Shown piece by piece: positions 1 through 12,318 of a stretch of 64,000 nucleotides of DNA; position 1 is the stretch's first letter, and every line of letters starts with the position of its first letter. A model generated the notes under the pieces. It did not search any database, was not told the DNA's origin, and saw only the letters and a program-made list of their open reading frames with translations. Where the stretch lies: NCBI RefSeq assembly GCF_033153115.1, contig NW_026889793.1, positions 186,001 through 250,000 on the forward strand. Reading direction: 5' to 3'. This DNA is from Saccostrea echinata. Taxonomy: Eukaryota. A program made the position numbers and the translations under genes.

Positions 1-32
1 TTCTAATTTTGCTCCAGTGGAGAGTTATTATA

Positions 33-190
33 CGGCGCCGTTGGATGGCCAGATGAAAAAAAAAATGTTCGGACGAATAATATATTTTTTCGGACAAATT
101 AGAAATTCGTTCGGTCGAATTAGAAATTCGTTCGGACAAATAAGATATTTGTTCGGATAAAATAGAAATTCGTTCGGACGAATTGGAAAT
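33..190 (+). mobile_element. Left end of a foldback-type MITE with a ~21-bp tandem array
   Basis: TA then CGGCGCCGTTGGATGGCCAG, which resembles the 43098 terminus CGGAAGCCCGTTGAGGCCA. About 6 units of AATTAGAAATTCGTTCGGACG follow. Confidence 0.55.
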
Positions 191-1490
191 TACAAATTCA
201 CTAAGCTGCATGCATTATTTATGGCATGTGAATTATTTTTGTGGAGATACATTATTTGTACTTGTGGAATGTATCAGATGAAAAAAGGTCTTTGATGAGT
301 TTTTAGTTTTCCTGTACGTATTAAGAAAACTTATATTAAACTCATCTTAAACTCACTAAGAAAAAAATGCGCTGAAATGAGGAAAAGGTGGAAGGAAACG
401 ACATCGAAAAGTGGAGGATTAATATATCGTGGCACAGCCATGAATAGTGTCAAACGGTTACATGTATGTCTACATACACTGCATGACAAGGTGTATTTTA
501 AGCTTGCCCCATAGCTTTACAGAGCATAATTGTGATAGGGTGATTTATTTCATATATTAATTATTATATTTCAGGATTACATTAATTCAGTTAAATTGTC
601 ATATTTATTTCTTTACAGCATTTCATTTATTGAATAAATCCACATGGAATTATTTACATCAATCTGTGTTTATTGAGTTATTTATAGATGTATGACATCA
701 CAGTGGTCATTTAAACCCCTGTCCCTTTTCTATATATATTTTGTGTAGTGTCCAGGCCAACTTGGATTTCATTGGTTGGTTAGTTTCCCTCTCTTTTGGC
801 TTTTACTTAGTTAATTACTTTTGTTGGAGATCTTGGTTTGACCAGACATATTGGCTTTTTGATATTATGATGACTTAATTATGACAATGACCAAGACAGG
901 ACAGAATATCACTGAATAGAGTACAGCTGTGTTCAGCTTTATATATATTTGGAGTTATGGCTCTATATCACATATAGGTATGATGTACATATATTTTGAA
1001 TATTGTCTATATAATTATATTATTCTGGAAGAGTTCAGTATAATTTGATCTCATTGTTTTATCTATATATTCCAGTGTTTATACTTTGTACATATTATTG
1101 ATTAAGAAAGATAACTCTTAATGTTTTATCTATGAGCATAATTAAAGGGAAATAACTCTTCATTTGACCGTGCTATCTGGCAAGTGATCTACATGTATGC
1201 TTTGTTATAAAATATTTATGATTGTTTATATATATTTCAGAGCTGTGATACTACTGATACTACTGATACTACTGATTATTCTGAGATTGAATATATTTAT
1301 CCACAACGACAGTATGGTGTTTGTCATTATTTTCCTTTAAACGAACCCCATTTCATAATCATAGGCATTATACTCCCCCAACCCTTATTTAAGAGGTAGT
1401 TGGACAAAATATCTCTGAATTTCATTTGCAGCATTTCTAGATTTTATTAATAAGGTTTCACAGTATCAGTTCTAAGGTGTGATAGGCCGA

Positions 1491-1750
1491 TGACTCACTA
1501 TAGTCCGGGGACTTTCCGAAGCCCACTCACCAACACCTATTATGGGAAAATAAATAATGAATGAATGCCAGAATATTTTCAAGCAACCCCCCATTAGAAG
1601 ATTTAGAGTTCAGAATTTCCCAAGTTTTGGTATAGGGGCTCTGTCCAGTAAGATTTCCAATAAAAGACGTGTTAGTTATCAAAATGTCACAGGTTTTACA
1701 GTTTTTTGCAACAATTTGAAACATTAGACATGGGATCGGAAAAGGAAACT
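1491..1750. promoter_or_regulatory. Cluster of AP-1, NF-kB and ISRE/IRF-like motifs
   Basis: TGACTCA at 1491-1497, GGGGACTTTCC at 1507-1517, GAAAAGGAAACT at 1739-1750. Motif matches only. Confidence 0.35.
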
Positions 1751-2752
1751 TCAAATGTATCTCTAATAGAAACTTTACATTCTTTCAATTTTTTGTATGA
1801 ACTATTGGTTTTATAACTTTTATACCAAAGAAGTTGGAAAATACCCCCCCCCCCCTTGAAATAGGATTGTTTGGTCAAGTAGATTTTCAGACGAGTTGAT
1901 CTTTTTCTCTGGCTGTCCCCTCCCCTTCCAAAAACGATGCTACGCCACTGTCATCATAATTACTAATCCTGTTCATAAAGTTTGCGATTCGTTTTTTTAA
2001 TTAATTTCATGATGAACTAAATATTTTGTATCGCCAATCCAATAATTAAATTAATAGAACTAAACAGTGTAAATAATATTAAAAAAAAATCATTCAATTT
2101 TTCCGAATGCTTGCATATATGTACATGTGCCTCAATTTTCTAAGATTCTAAAATAAACTTGAACATCAAATTTCAATTAGAAAATGCATAATTGCTGCTT
2201 TTACTCACGTTTCCTAAAAAAACCCATTTGAGATTCGATATTTTTTCCCTATATAATATGATTAACAACAATGATGATCTTTTAAAAAAAATAACATGGG
2301 CAAATGCACATAACTTCACAACCTCAGTTAATTTTGGTTTGCATTTTCAATTATGTAACTGCTAATTTTCAAAACCGGAGAAACGTACTACCTATAATCA
2401 ATTTTAATTAAGATGGTTAGGTATTCTACGGTTACCAAAATTATCTATTGATTTAGTGTAAAAGGATTCTGCATTATGGGTTCATTGTAAACTTGTAAAC
2501 AAATCCATCATATAAGTTAACACCAGGGTATACGATTATTTTCGATCAATATTCTCAGTATATATTAAGGAATGTTAGGTATTTAAATCGATACCTGTAT
2601 TAATTTTCAACCAGAAAGTAAATTACAAATCTCGTTCAAATCTCACCTGGGTTCTCATCCTGACATTCCAAAGTCAGTCTGTCGACAAAAACATTTATAG
2701 CTCATTCAAAAAACTGTAAGTATAAAAAGAAATCGCTTTTTATGAAGTTTAT

Positions 2753-3302
2753 TAATGCTGCAATGATATACAGATGTATCGGGATAAATGAAAATGCATA
2801 CGATGTCACAATACATGTATCCCTTTACAATTTATCCTTCTTCGTATAGGAAATTGTATGGGAATCACCTCGTCCGTCTGTCTGGCCGCCCGTCTAGCGT
2901 TCCGTCTGTCTGTCTCAACTGGTTTTCCGCATTTTCCTTTAAACGCTTGCAAAGTTGATGTATTGGTATATGAGTAAACCTTGATGAGGTACAGATCAAA
3001 TTTTCATTTCGTTCTGCTTCTGTAAATCAATTCCTAACTTTCTTGCTAAAAAAAGTGGAAAGTTAGTACTTCATACAAATACCACTTAAACCTGAGGTGT
3101 GTCATGACTTTTGTTTGTAAACCAAAGTTATTTTGGCAAATTTAAGGTCAGTTTTAGGAAAATGCATTTTGACACTTTAAAACAATGTGTAAAAGGAGAG
3201 GAAAGGGGGACTGTGATATTTTGTGTGCTTGCTCATAGTACGTCTAGTTTCTGCTTTTCATTTTCATTTATCCCGATACATCTGTAAATCATTGCATCAT
3301 AA
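2753..3302. repeat. ~40-bp inverted repeat (MITE-like) in the putative 5' intron of the TRIM-like gene
   Basis: GCAATGATATACAGATGTATCGGGATAAATGAAAATG (2760-2796) versus CATTTTCATTTATCCCGATACATCTGTAAATCATTGC (3259-3295), 1 mismatch. Confidence 0.7.
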
Positions 3303-3435
3303 TTCATATCAATCGTTTGCTGAAAAAACAGTTATCTATTTATTCACATATTGTCAATGAAAATTTGCACTTTTAAAAGAAGGATTTGTACCTATTTTCT
3401 TAATTTTTTTTTATACGAAGTTTTATCTTTTTAAG

Positions 3436-5153
3436 ATGGCATTATCCAAAATGAACATTCCTTCCAGTGCCCAACACTTTTTAGAATGTGGCATTGAAGA
3501 ATGCGAAAGAAACTGAGTTCTATTGCAACACTTGTCACCTTAGGTTATGCAAACAATGCAAAGTTGAACATCTAAAAAGTCCAAAAAAGAAAAACCATGA
3601 AGTGGTCCTTTACCAGCAACGCAAAAGACAACCTCCTGTAAAGAAGTGCGAGATCCACCCTAATAACTATGTGTACATGCTCTGTGAAGAATGCCAAGTT
3701 CCAGTGTGTTCCAAATGTGCCACTCAGGGAGACCATCGGGGCATATCTTTACTAATCAGGAAACTGTTGATGCAGAAAAATATGCAGTCTTTCAAGAAGA
3801 AATTACCAAAATTCATAAGTATTTTCTTCCTACATCACAAGATTTACAGAAAGAAATTAAAAAAAGATTCATCAGAAATCAAACTCATTATGGACAACAT
3901 CAGAACATCCATGAAAACTGAATGTGAGTCTTTGAAAAGTCTGGTGGACACAGTCGTTTCTGAAAACATGAAGCAGCTAGACCAGATAGAGCATTCACTG
4001 TTAGAAGATATAAACACCCAAGACAGGACATTGGATGTTTACATCACTTATCTTAATAACCTTGTCAAAGAGCTCGACAGATGTCTATCTTCTACAGAAC
4101 ACCAGAAATTACTGTCTGAGAAGAGGCCAAAGATCCCATTCATACCAGAAACAACAAAACCAACCACTCCAGAATTTACTGCTGGTCAATACAGCAAAAA
4201 TGATGTCACCAAATTACTTGGTAAAATACAAATCCCTAACACAAAGGCAGAGAAGAGAGAAATAAGGCCCATTGAAAGTGGCTACAATATAACAATGAAA
4301 CCTATACTTTGGCAGATGAAAGAAGACAGAAAGAAATCGGATGTGAAACAAACATTGTCTCTATCGGCCTCTGTCACCAAGGTCAGGGAGTTCAATGTAC
4401 CAGGTGTTGATAGTGTATTCCATATATCACTAGATCAATCAGACAGACTCTGGATCAATGACGAGTATGATAATCTTGTCCAAACATATTTACAGGGGAA
4501 TGTGATACAGAAGATAAAAACCAGTGGTGGATCTGAAGGTTACCACACAGTCACACAGGGCGGGGATCTGATCTTTACAGACAAAGACAAGAAAGTCATC
4601 AATAGGATAAGACAGGATAATAATATCACTAAATTCATTAAAACTGGAGACTGGACACCTTTCAGCATACACTCCTCCCACATCATCGGGGACTTACTGG
4701 TGGGGATGATGAGGGGTAGAGAGAGTAAACTCACCAAGTACAACAAGACAGGAAAAAACTACAGAACATACAGAGGGATATCAAAGGACAGGGATTGTAT
4801 AGTTTACCACACTACATCACAAAAAAATCAATGGAGATATCTGTACATCAGACTATAATAAAGAGGCAGTAGTGGTGGTAAATAAATCAGGACAACACAG
4901 GTTCTCCTACACGGGTCAGGAGTCAGGGTTCCGTCCCTTTGGAATCTGTACTGATGTCTTTGGTCACATCCTGTTGTGTGATATATACAGTGACGTTCAC
5001 CTCCTTGATCAGGACGGTCAGTTCTTGTCTCTATTACTCACAGGACAACAAGAGATATGCAGTCCCCGTAGTGTTTGTGTAGATGATGAGAACAATCTCT
5101 ATGTAGGGCGAGGTCACACCAACACACTGACAGTGTACAAGTATCTCCAGTGA
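3436..5153 (+). pseudogene. B-box (x2)/coiled-coil/NHL beta-propeller TRIM-like gene, frameshifted (pseudogene or assembly indels)
   Basis: A splice acceptor TTTTTAAG lies directly before ATG 3436 (MALSKMNIPSSAQHFLECGIEECERN). B-boxes: FYCNTCHLRLCKQCKVEH and CEIHP..MLCEECQVPVCSKCATQGDH. NHL repeats: [40 protein letters not shown], ending YKYLQ*. The frame switches at ~3513, ~3740, ~3860, ~4755 and ~4825. ORFs 3488, 3691 and 4872 are pieces of one protein. Confidence 0.85.
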
Positions 5154-6778
5154 TTCTTATTCTGTCATAAAAATGTGTCAAGTGCTGGTAATGCAATTTA
5201 TATAAATATGAAATGCTCTTAGACATCATCAGAAATGATTCATATTCTATCATTTTAACACTGATTGTATATTGTTATTAATCTTAAGACAATCAAGTTA
5301 ATGTGTCTTCATTGTAGTTACTTTTTTTAACCAAATTGTCAGATGAAAAGGAATTGTTTGGAATCATTGATTTACAACGACCATTTCATATTATTATATT
5401 TTCCCGGTTCTGCATCTGTGTACATAAATAGCTTTATCACATTAAAGTAAATTTTTATGGAATAAGTTTTGATTTCTACATATTTATCTGTATAAACCTT
5501 TAGAATATAATGTATGTTTATTAGTATTGTGGCACATCTAAATACAGATTTTTGCAATTTTATTAAGACAATTGTTCAGTAGAGTATTTAATCTGTTCAA
5601 AATAAATATTTCATCGTATAATTTATGATATTTTTTTAATGTACAATATAAATTTATGCATGTATTCACCAATTAAGGGCTTACAAGGTTCATTCACGAT
5701 ATGATTTGAACATTATGAACATTTATACATAGTTTTTAAAACGGCAGTGGCGGATTCAGGGGGTGGTGTTGGGGTAAGGGGGTTCGGGACCCCCCCCCCC
5801 CCCTTGCTCTTAAATTTTTTTGAGTGTCATTTTAACAACACAGTGCACAAATCAGATTGACTCTATATCCAAACCCTTTGTTTAATACAAAGATACAGCC
5901 AGCACTAAATTTAGTACAACAGGAAACCCCTCTCAGCTTGAACGCACGTTCCTCAGGGAAAGAGTGGAGTCACAATAAGGGATCAACGTTTTACATGGGA
6001 AAATATAGGAAACAAAACACAAAGCAGAGTTTGCAACTCAGAATGGTGTTTATGAATGGAAAAGACTAGGTGTGGGATTGAAAAACAATTGTGTCTCATC
6101 ACAAATGGTCCTGTCACAAATTTTGAGGGGTTTAAACTGGAAAGAAATGCTTTATGTTGATGACATTTGTGCATTTTTAAAAGATTTTGTTTCTTACATA
6201 CAACATCTAAACCTTTTTTTTTCTTGAGAAGTGCGGGTTTAACCTTAAATCCTAAGAAATGCAATTTTAGAGCTTAAGAAGTTAATTTATCTCCATATAT
6301 TTCATTCCCTTCGGAATCTTATTTCAAAACAAGGCATTCAAGTCGATCCAAATAAAACAAAGCTTATTGATACGTTTCCCACTCCACAAAAAGTAAAACG
6401 TTTAAGATCATTTTTGGGAATGTGCAATTATTACAGGCGTTTGATCAAAAGTTTTTCAACACTGGTAGAGCCTTTAAACAAATTGTTAAGAAAAATATAG
6501 ACTTTATTTGAACGGAAGAATATCAGAAGATAGGAAAAAATTTAACAATTCTTCTCAAGAACCCCTGGGTGGAAAAGAAGAAACTTTTGTGAAAGCCATT
6601 ACATACTGTTGATTTTAAAATCAAGACCCTAGGGGATATAGGGCTGGACCATGATATTTAATGAGTGTTTTTCATTTGGATATATAAAAAAATTCTGAAA
6701 AACGGATAGGTCAGTTTTCTGACATTTTATACAATCTATCATTAAGTAAAATGCAGACTGACTTTTTTTATACTGTTG

Positions 6779-7000
6779 GGCCATTATTTACACACTGAAT
6801 TATCGACGGATTTTCCCGTTATATACCGATCATGACAAGGAGCACACGGCGGGTGTGACCGTTCGGCAGGAGATACTCGCTCCTCCGTGGCACCTAATCC
6901 CTTCTCTGATGTTTTTAGATGTCTTTGTTTGCTCTGCTCCCGATTTGTATTGTTTTAATGAACTTTGAGCTTGAACAATGTTCGTTATCTCCACATTTCA
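6779..7000 (+). mobile_element. 3'-UTR-only copy of the Penelope-like element
   Basis: Colinear with the reverse complement of 34330-34555, from GGCCATTATTTACACACTGAATT to GTTCGTTATCTCCACATTTCA. Confidence 0.9.
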
Positions 7001-7077
7001 CGCATTCAAAATTATTAAATTTAGGACACAAGAGATCGAGTGTGCGAGAGTAAGGAGTACACTTCGTATGGAAAAAA

Positions 7078-7830
7078 AATGAAGATAAAGAATAGTGATC
7101 ATTCTAATAAAATCTACAAACAATACAAATCTGATGAACAGAGCATAAAACACGAGTCCCCTGTTATTCTAGAGGAAAAATCGGGTGTCTATGAGGAGTA
7201 GGTGTCCGCTATTGACCGGTCATACTCGCCTTGAGCCCTATGCATAGATTAATTAGTCAGTACATTCCGTAATCAAATGAAGTATACATGTAAAAACAAA
7301 GGCCTTAAAATTTGTAATCATGAAACATATCAGCCAATAACGACCTAATGATAAGTTATATTTGCTATCAAGGTCATAATAACGACCTTAGGATTTACAT
7401 GTACGAAATGCAGACTCTAAACGAGATTGTTGAAAATTCTTCTAATATAATTATTTGATCAGTCTCTAGCCTGACTTGCTTTAAAAATTTTTCGTACTCA
7501 GAGAAAGCTCTTGAGTTTGGAATAAATTGGGGGCTTAAACTCCATATGCAGGTGATAGCGGAATATTGCTACATAAATGTGAAAATTGGACATGGAAAAG
7601 CTGAAGTCATCTCGTGTTTTATATAATTTAATTGTTAGTTGGTACCGATCGTCTATATTTAGTGAAACATCCAAATATGAAACTGATAAGGCAGACTATG
7701 CGATTTCTTTTATTTTAAGTCGTTGATAAACATGTATCTCAATGTAGAGCTGAAGGCAACAACAATTGTTTTCTTCTTCTCATGTAGAAGTTTTGATTAA
7801 ATTCTGCTTCAAAAGTTTAAGTACAAAAAC
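7078..7830 (-). mobile_element. Decayed Penelope-like fragment (C-terminal RT plus 3' UTR)
   Basis: Contains diverged 3'-UTR motifs (GACCGGTCATACTCGCC) and degraded RT sequence resembling 34560-35130. Confidence 0.7.
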
Positions 7831-8710
7831 ATGATCGCTTTGTGATCGGGATCCTCGTTTGCCACGCCGCATAAAACCTTAGACGGAAATAACTGTTTCT
7901 TCGCCAAGCGACCGGTGTAAAGACGAATAATGACCCCCATAGAATAATGACCGGGGGTATTTTTCGCCGCCATTATTTAACGGCGAAAAATGACCCCCGG
8001 TCATTATTCGACGTCGAAAAATGACCCTTTTGCACGTAGAAAAAGTGTCATCACCCTAAAAATCTGCATACCCCACGTGAAGAAAAAAGACCCCCGTACA
8101 ATAATGGATTAAAGGTGAAATTTTTAGGGGGCAAAATAAAAATAATAAATCAAGAGACCTGTTGGACAAAATGCTCACTTGAGCTAAATTGGGAATAAAT
8201 CGATGATATGTTGATCTCAATACATTATACAATTGTTGCTGTTTTAAGTTCAATGCAATTCAGAATCTAGAGGAGTTAAAGATTTATCGAGCTGAAAGGG
8301 CGAGGAGAGCATTGTTTTTCGATGGTGGAAAATCACTGATCGTCCTGACAGAAAAAAACAGAATAACTATTTCATTATATGATTAAACGATTGAATTGAT
8401 ACAAACTGATTAAGCAGACATGTCAAGTTTCTTGTTTTACATTTGATCCAGTCCTAGCCAAACACAGTGAAAGAATCGGAGTTAACATAAGCATAACCAG
8501 TATTAATTTTGCATTTGACATCTAGTTTTGGTGCAATGTAGAAAAAATAAATGTCTGGTATGGCAACGAAAGGGGAAATGGCGCATTATAAGAGGCAAAA
8601 TGACAAATTACCTTAGAAATATCTTTGATGAACCCCTCAAAACATTTACTGATGTAAGGAGGATTTCTTTTTCATCTACTGTATCAAAAAGTTGGGGGTA
8701 GGACAACCAG

Positions 8711-8884
8711 NNNNNNNNNNNNNNNNNNNNNNNNNNNNNNNNNNNNNNNNNNNNNNNNNNNNNNNNNNNNNNNNNNNNNNNNNNNNNNNNNNNNNNNNNN
8801 NNNNNNNNNNNNNNNNNNNNNNNNNNNNNNNNNNNNNNNNNNNNNNNNNNNNNNNNNNNNNNNNNNNNNNNNNNNNNNNNNNNN
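8711..8884. other. Assembly gap
   Basis: Run of N. Confidence 1.
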
Positions 8885-9546
8885 GGGGAGGACATCCCAC
8901 CCCTGAATCTATGTGCCTCAATGTTTTGTTCATCTTGTCCACTCAAGTATGAGAGATTTTTTTACTATACTGTATAAGAAAGAGGGGGTGGTTACGAGAC
9001 TTTCAATGAACGTTTTCAAACTAGAAATTGCTAAAAATTACATTTAGAAAAGGGGGAATTTACAATCCCAACCTCTTCTCAGATTCTTTGTGCCTGAATG
9101 TTATGTTCACTTGAGTGGAATTCAGATGCAAGTGAAATAACTTTTCAGAATTGTGTTCAATCTATTTTTAGTTCAATGTAGGAAAAATAAATCCTTATAT
9201 TCACCTGGAAGGTCAATAAAATGGTCTGTCTTTAATTATAAATTGAAAACATTAATCTACTTCAATATACACTGCATTGAAATGTTTCCATATTGATTTG
9301 ACAAATGTATCACTGTTTTAAAGTGGATTTAATAAACAAAAAATATTCCTCTTACATGTATGTATCCTGTTCTCACACGACCATGTTAACAGACTTAAAT
9401 GTACATTAATATTATACTGGGATTCTTCTTTATTACTTCCATATATTTGAAAAGAAATTCCCATTGAGTAGACCACTGTTTATAAATAAAATTGAATACA
9501 CAATATATATCTCAGACATACAGAAATTTTGTGTCCTTCTTATGTT

Positions 9547-10112
9547 TGCCACGTCTGCTTCATATTTGGACGTTCCAGTGACTATAGACGATAAAGACCA
9601 ACTAACAAATAAATTGTCTGACAAACGGGATGATTTCAGCTTTTCTATCGTCAACTTTCCTTATTTATGAAGTAATATTTCGTTATCATTTGCATGTAAT
9701 GATTACGTCTACCAACTTATTCGATACCCAAGAGCACAATTAATCTTTAAATCGAGGCAGGCTACTGACAGATACATGTAAGTTGATGTTACAGGGGTTT
9801 CAACATCCTCATTTAAAATCAGCATTTCGTAAATTCAATGGTCGTATCAATGCCCTATCAACAAATATAACCTATGATTGAGTCAATTGTTTGACCCTTG
9901 TTTTTATACTAAATTCGACAACGGAATGTCCCGTTTACCTGACTTATTCATAGGGCTCACGGCGGGTGTGACGTGTCAGCAGGGGATGCTTACTCTTTTT
10001 AGGCAACTGATCCGACCTCGGCAATTTTCGGGGGTCCTTTTTTTGCCCTGTTAACAGAATTGTATTGATTGTGGATATTTTAAAATCATCACTGTTCGAT
10101 ATCTTCACCTTT
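9547..10112 (+). mobile_element. Decayed Penelope-like fragment nested in the Ginger-like element
   Basis: Translates TSASYLDV..LTNKLSDKRDDFSFSIVNFPYL, then carries the 3'-UTR motif CACGGCGGGTGTGAC. Confidence 0.9.
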
Positions 10113-12007
10113 TTTTTCATTAGGAAATATATGGTATGTCGTTCGCACGAGATATTACGTCATTTTCGATACTTTCTACCTCATTTGCATGACTTTTTAT
10201 GTCATTCAAAATATACCTATATATTAGATTGCATAACTTTCCGTATTTATTTCCGAAAACTTATATCATTCCTTTTTTCCCTTCATTTTCTAAGAATGTT
10301 GATCCTACTCAAAGTATGCTGATTACTTTGGGAGACATGTTTACCAAAGAAAAAGCCAGAACATCCCGCTTGTCTGTTATTTAGCTATGAATGTCTATAA
10401 TCAGTCAAATATCCAAATATGACACAAATGGAAGACATTCATAAAGGGAGATTACGTTAAGAGTTATAACCAATAACAGGCATTTTGCAATTTTCAATAT
10501 GTGCTGAGAACACAATAGGCTTAAAAGATAGAAATATGCATGTAAATGTAATGCTATTTTATTTGCGCGTTCGTCCAGTGTTGGTCAAAAAGGGCATGAA
10601 GAAGAATATTAAACATTGAGGTTCAAACCTTGGCATCAATCACCTGTTATAAATTTTGTGTCATGCACTCTGTTAGAGAAGGGGTCATTTTTCAACGGGG
10701 GTAAATTTTTAAAGGACGTACACATAAATAAAAAGACCCCTAGGGCTCTTTTTCTACAAAAAATCAATTTTTTTCTAAGGGGGGGGGAGTCATTTTTTGT
10801 CGTTCAAAAATGACCCCCGGTCATTATCCTATGGGGGTCATTATTCGTCTTTACACCGGCATAAGAAGTTAAATACACAGATCTCCCGAATAAGGCCTTA
10901 AATAAGGAAGTCCCGTGTCACAATAGGCGTGAGCACGAAAAAAGAACCTTCACTGCTCAATGGTCCTTAGCTTCGAGTATAGGTCTGTACCGGCATACGG
11001 TTACAATCTATCAATCAATTTCATCATAACAAAGACCACACCCTTTTTAAATAAAATGGAAAAAAAAAACAAGAATAGGGCCCAAAAAGGGGTTGAAGGT
11101 GTTACATAGGAATGTATAAGGAAAAAAGATATTTAGCAATCCCTCCTAAGACAAACGACATAAAAAGAATTTTTGTGAAAACTTCTTGACATGTACGTAG
11201 ATTCTGTATTGATTGTGCTTTGGTCATCAGAGGTAGGGTAAGGCCACTTTAGAGGATAAATTTTTACTTGGGGATAAAAAGGGAAAAACCTTCCAAATTA
11301 TTTTTCTCAACACAAGTAGAACCATGCTTAGTAGAATTAATATACAAGCATAGATAATGAAGATTAAAATTTGTTGGAGACAATGTAGAATTAGGCAAGA
11401 TAATCTTTCCAAGAACCACAATGCATGTACAATAATGAATTCGCTAACATTATAAGTTGTGTTGATTTTTTTTTAAAGTTATGGACACTATAACTGGTAT
11501 TTGTCTGAAATTGGGGATTAAATTTAGATACAGGGGAACATTCCTCTATTTAAAAGCAAGGCCGTTTAAGTCATATTGGTTTTAGAGTATCCATATGTTT
11601 TGTGGATTCAGGAATCCCTTATAATGAATACAAAATGGCCACAAAATGGATATTAATTTTTCACATTTAAAAAAAAGAGGAGAAAAAAAAAATTCTGAAG
11701 AATTCTGTTCTATCTTTCTTGATACAGTATCCTGGAATTTGTACACATTTTTTATAACATCAAGTATTTTCTCGGGGTAAAGTTTTCTTGGTTTGAGGGA
11801 AAAAATATTGGTTCATTGGGATATGATTTCATGGTTGAAAAAATGAATATTACACTGAAGTTTGAAATAGCTTATTCAAACATTTCTTGAATACATGGGT
11901 CTCTCCATGCCACGGAAATAAAGAAAAGATAAACACAAAGAAAATAAGTGGTTTTCACAGTTTGGGATTTATTCATTGATTTATTTATTGAACAAAACAA
12001 AACAAAA

Positions 12008-12048
<41 letters not shown>

Positions 12049-12280
12049 AGAGAAAATTTGTTAGTAACGTTTTATTTTTCATATGATTTTAATATACTCA
12101 AAATAATTTTCTGAAAATTGTGTTTACAATGACAGCAGCATTGATAGGAGAAATAAACATTTCTCTGTCAGAGTTTTTGAAATTATTAACAAGAGCATAA
12201 ATAAGAGAATATGTGAAAGAATACATGTATATACAATACTTGAATTCTTGTTTCCAGTTTTTGTATTAATTTTTAAGCAG

Positions 12281-12318
<38 letters not shown>

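Larger units (their letters stand above)
7916..10855. mobile_element. Non-autonomous Ginger-like DNA transposon (TGT...ACA termini, ~43-bp TIR, CCGG TSD)
   Basis: TGTAAAGACGAATAATGACCCCCATAGAATAATGACCGGGGGT at 7916 and its near-perfect inverse ending at 10855. CCGG at 7912-7915 and 10856-10859. Subterminal AATGACCCC repeats are present. No integrase ORF is visible. Confidence 0.75.
7835..11020 (+). mobile_element. tRNA-derived SINE split by a DNA-transposon insertion (pieces ~7835-7915 and ~10856-11020)
   Basis: AACTGTTTCTTCGCCAAGCG continues after the insertion as CATAAG...GTCCCGTGTCACAATAGGCGTGAGCACG...CACTGCTCAATGG, colinear with the intact copy at 21160-21495. Confidence 0.75.

Noticed and set aside
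1492-1503. GACTCACTATAG, matching the core of the T7 promoter
   Set aside because: Lacks the upstream TAATAC and there is no other vector sequence; a chance match overlapping the AP-1 site.
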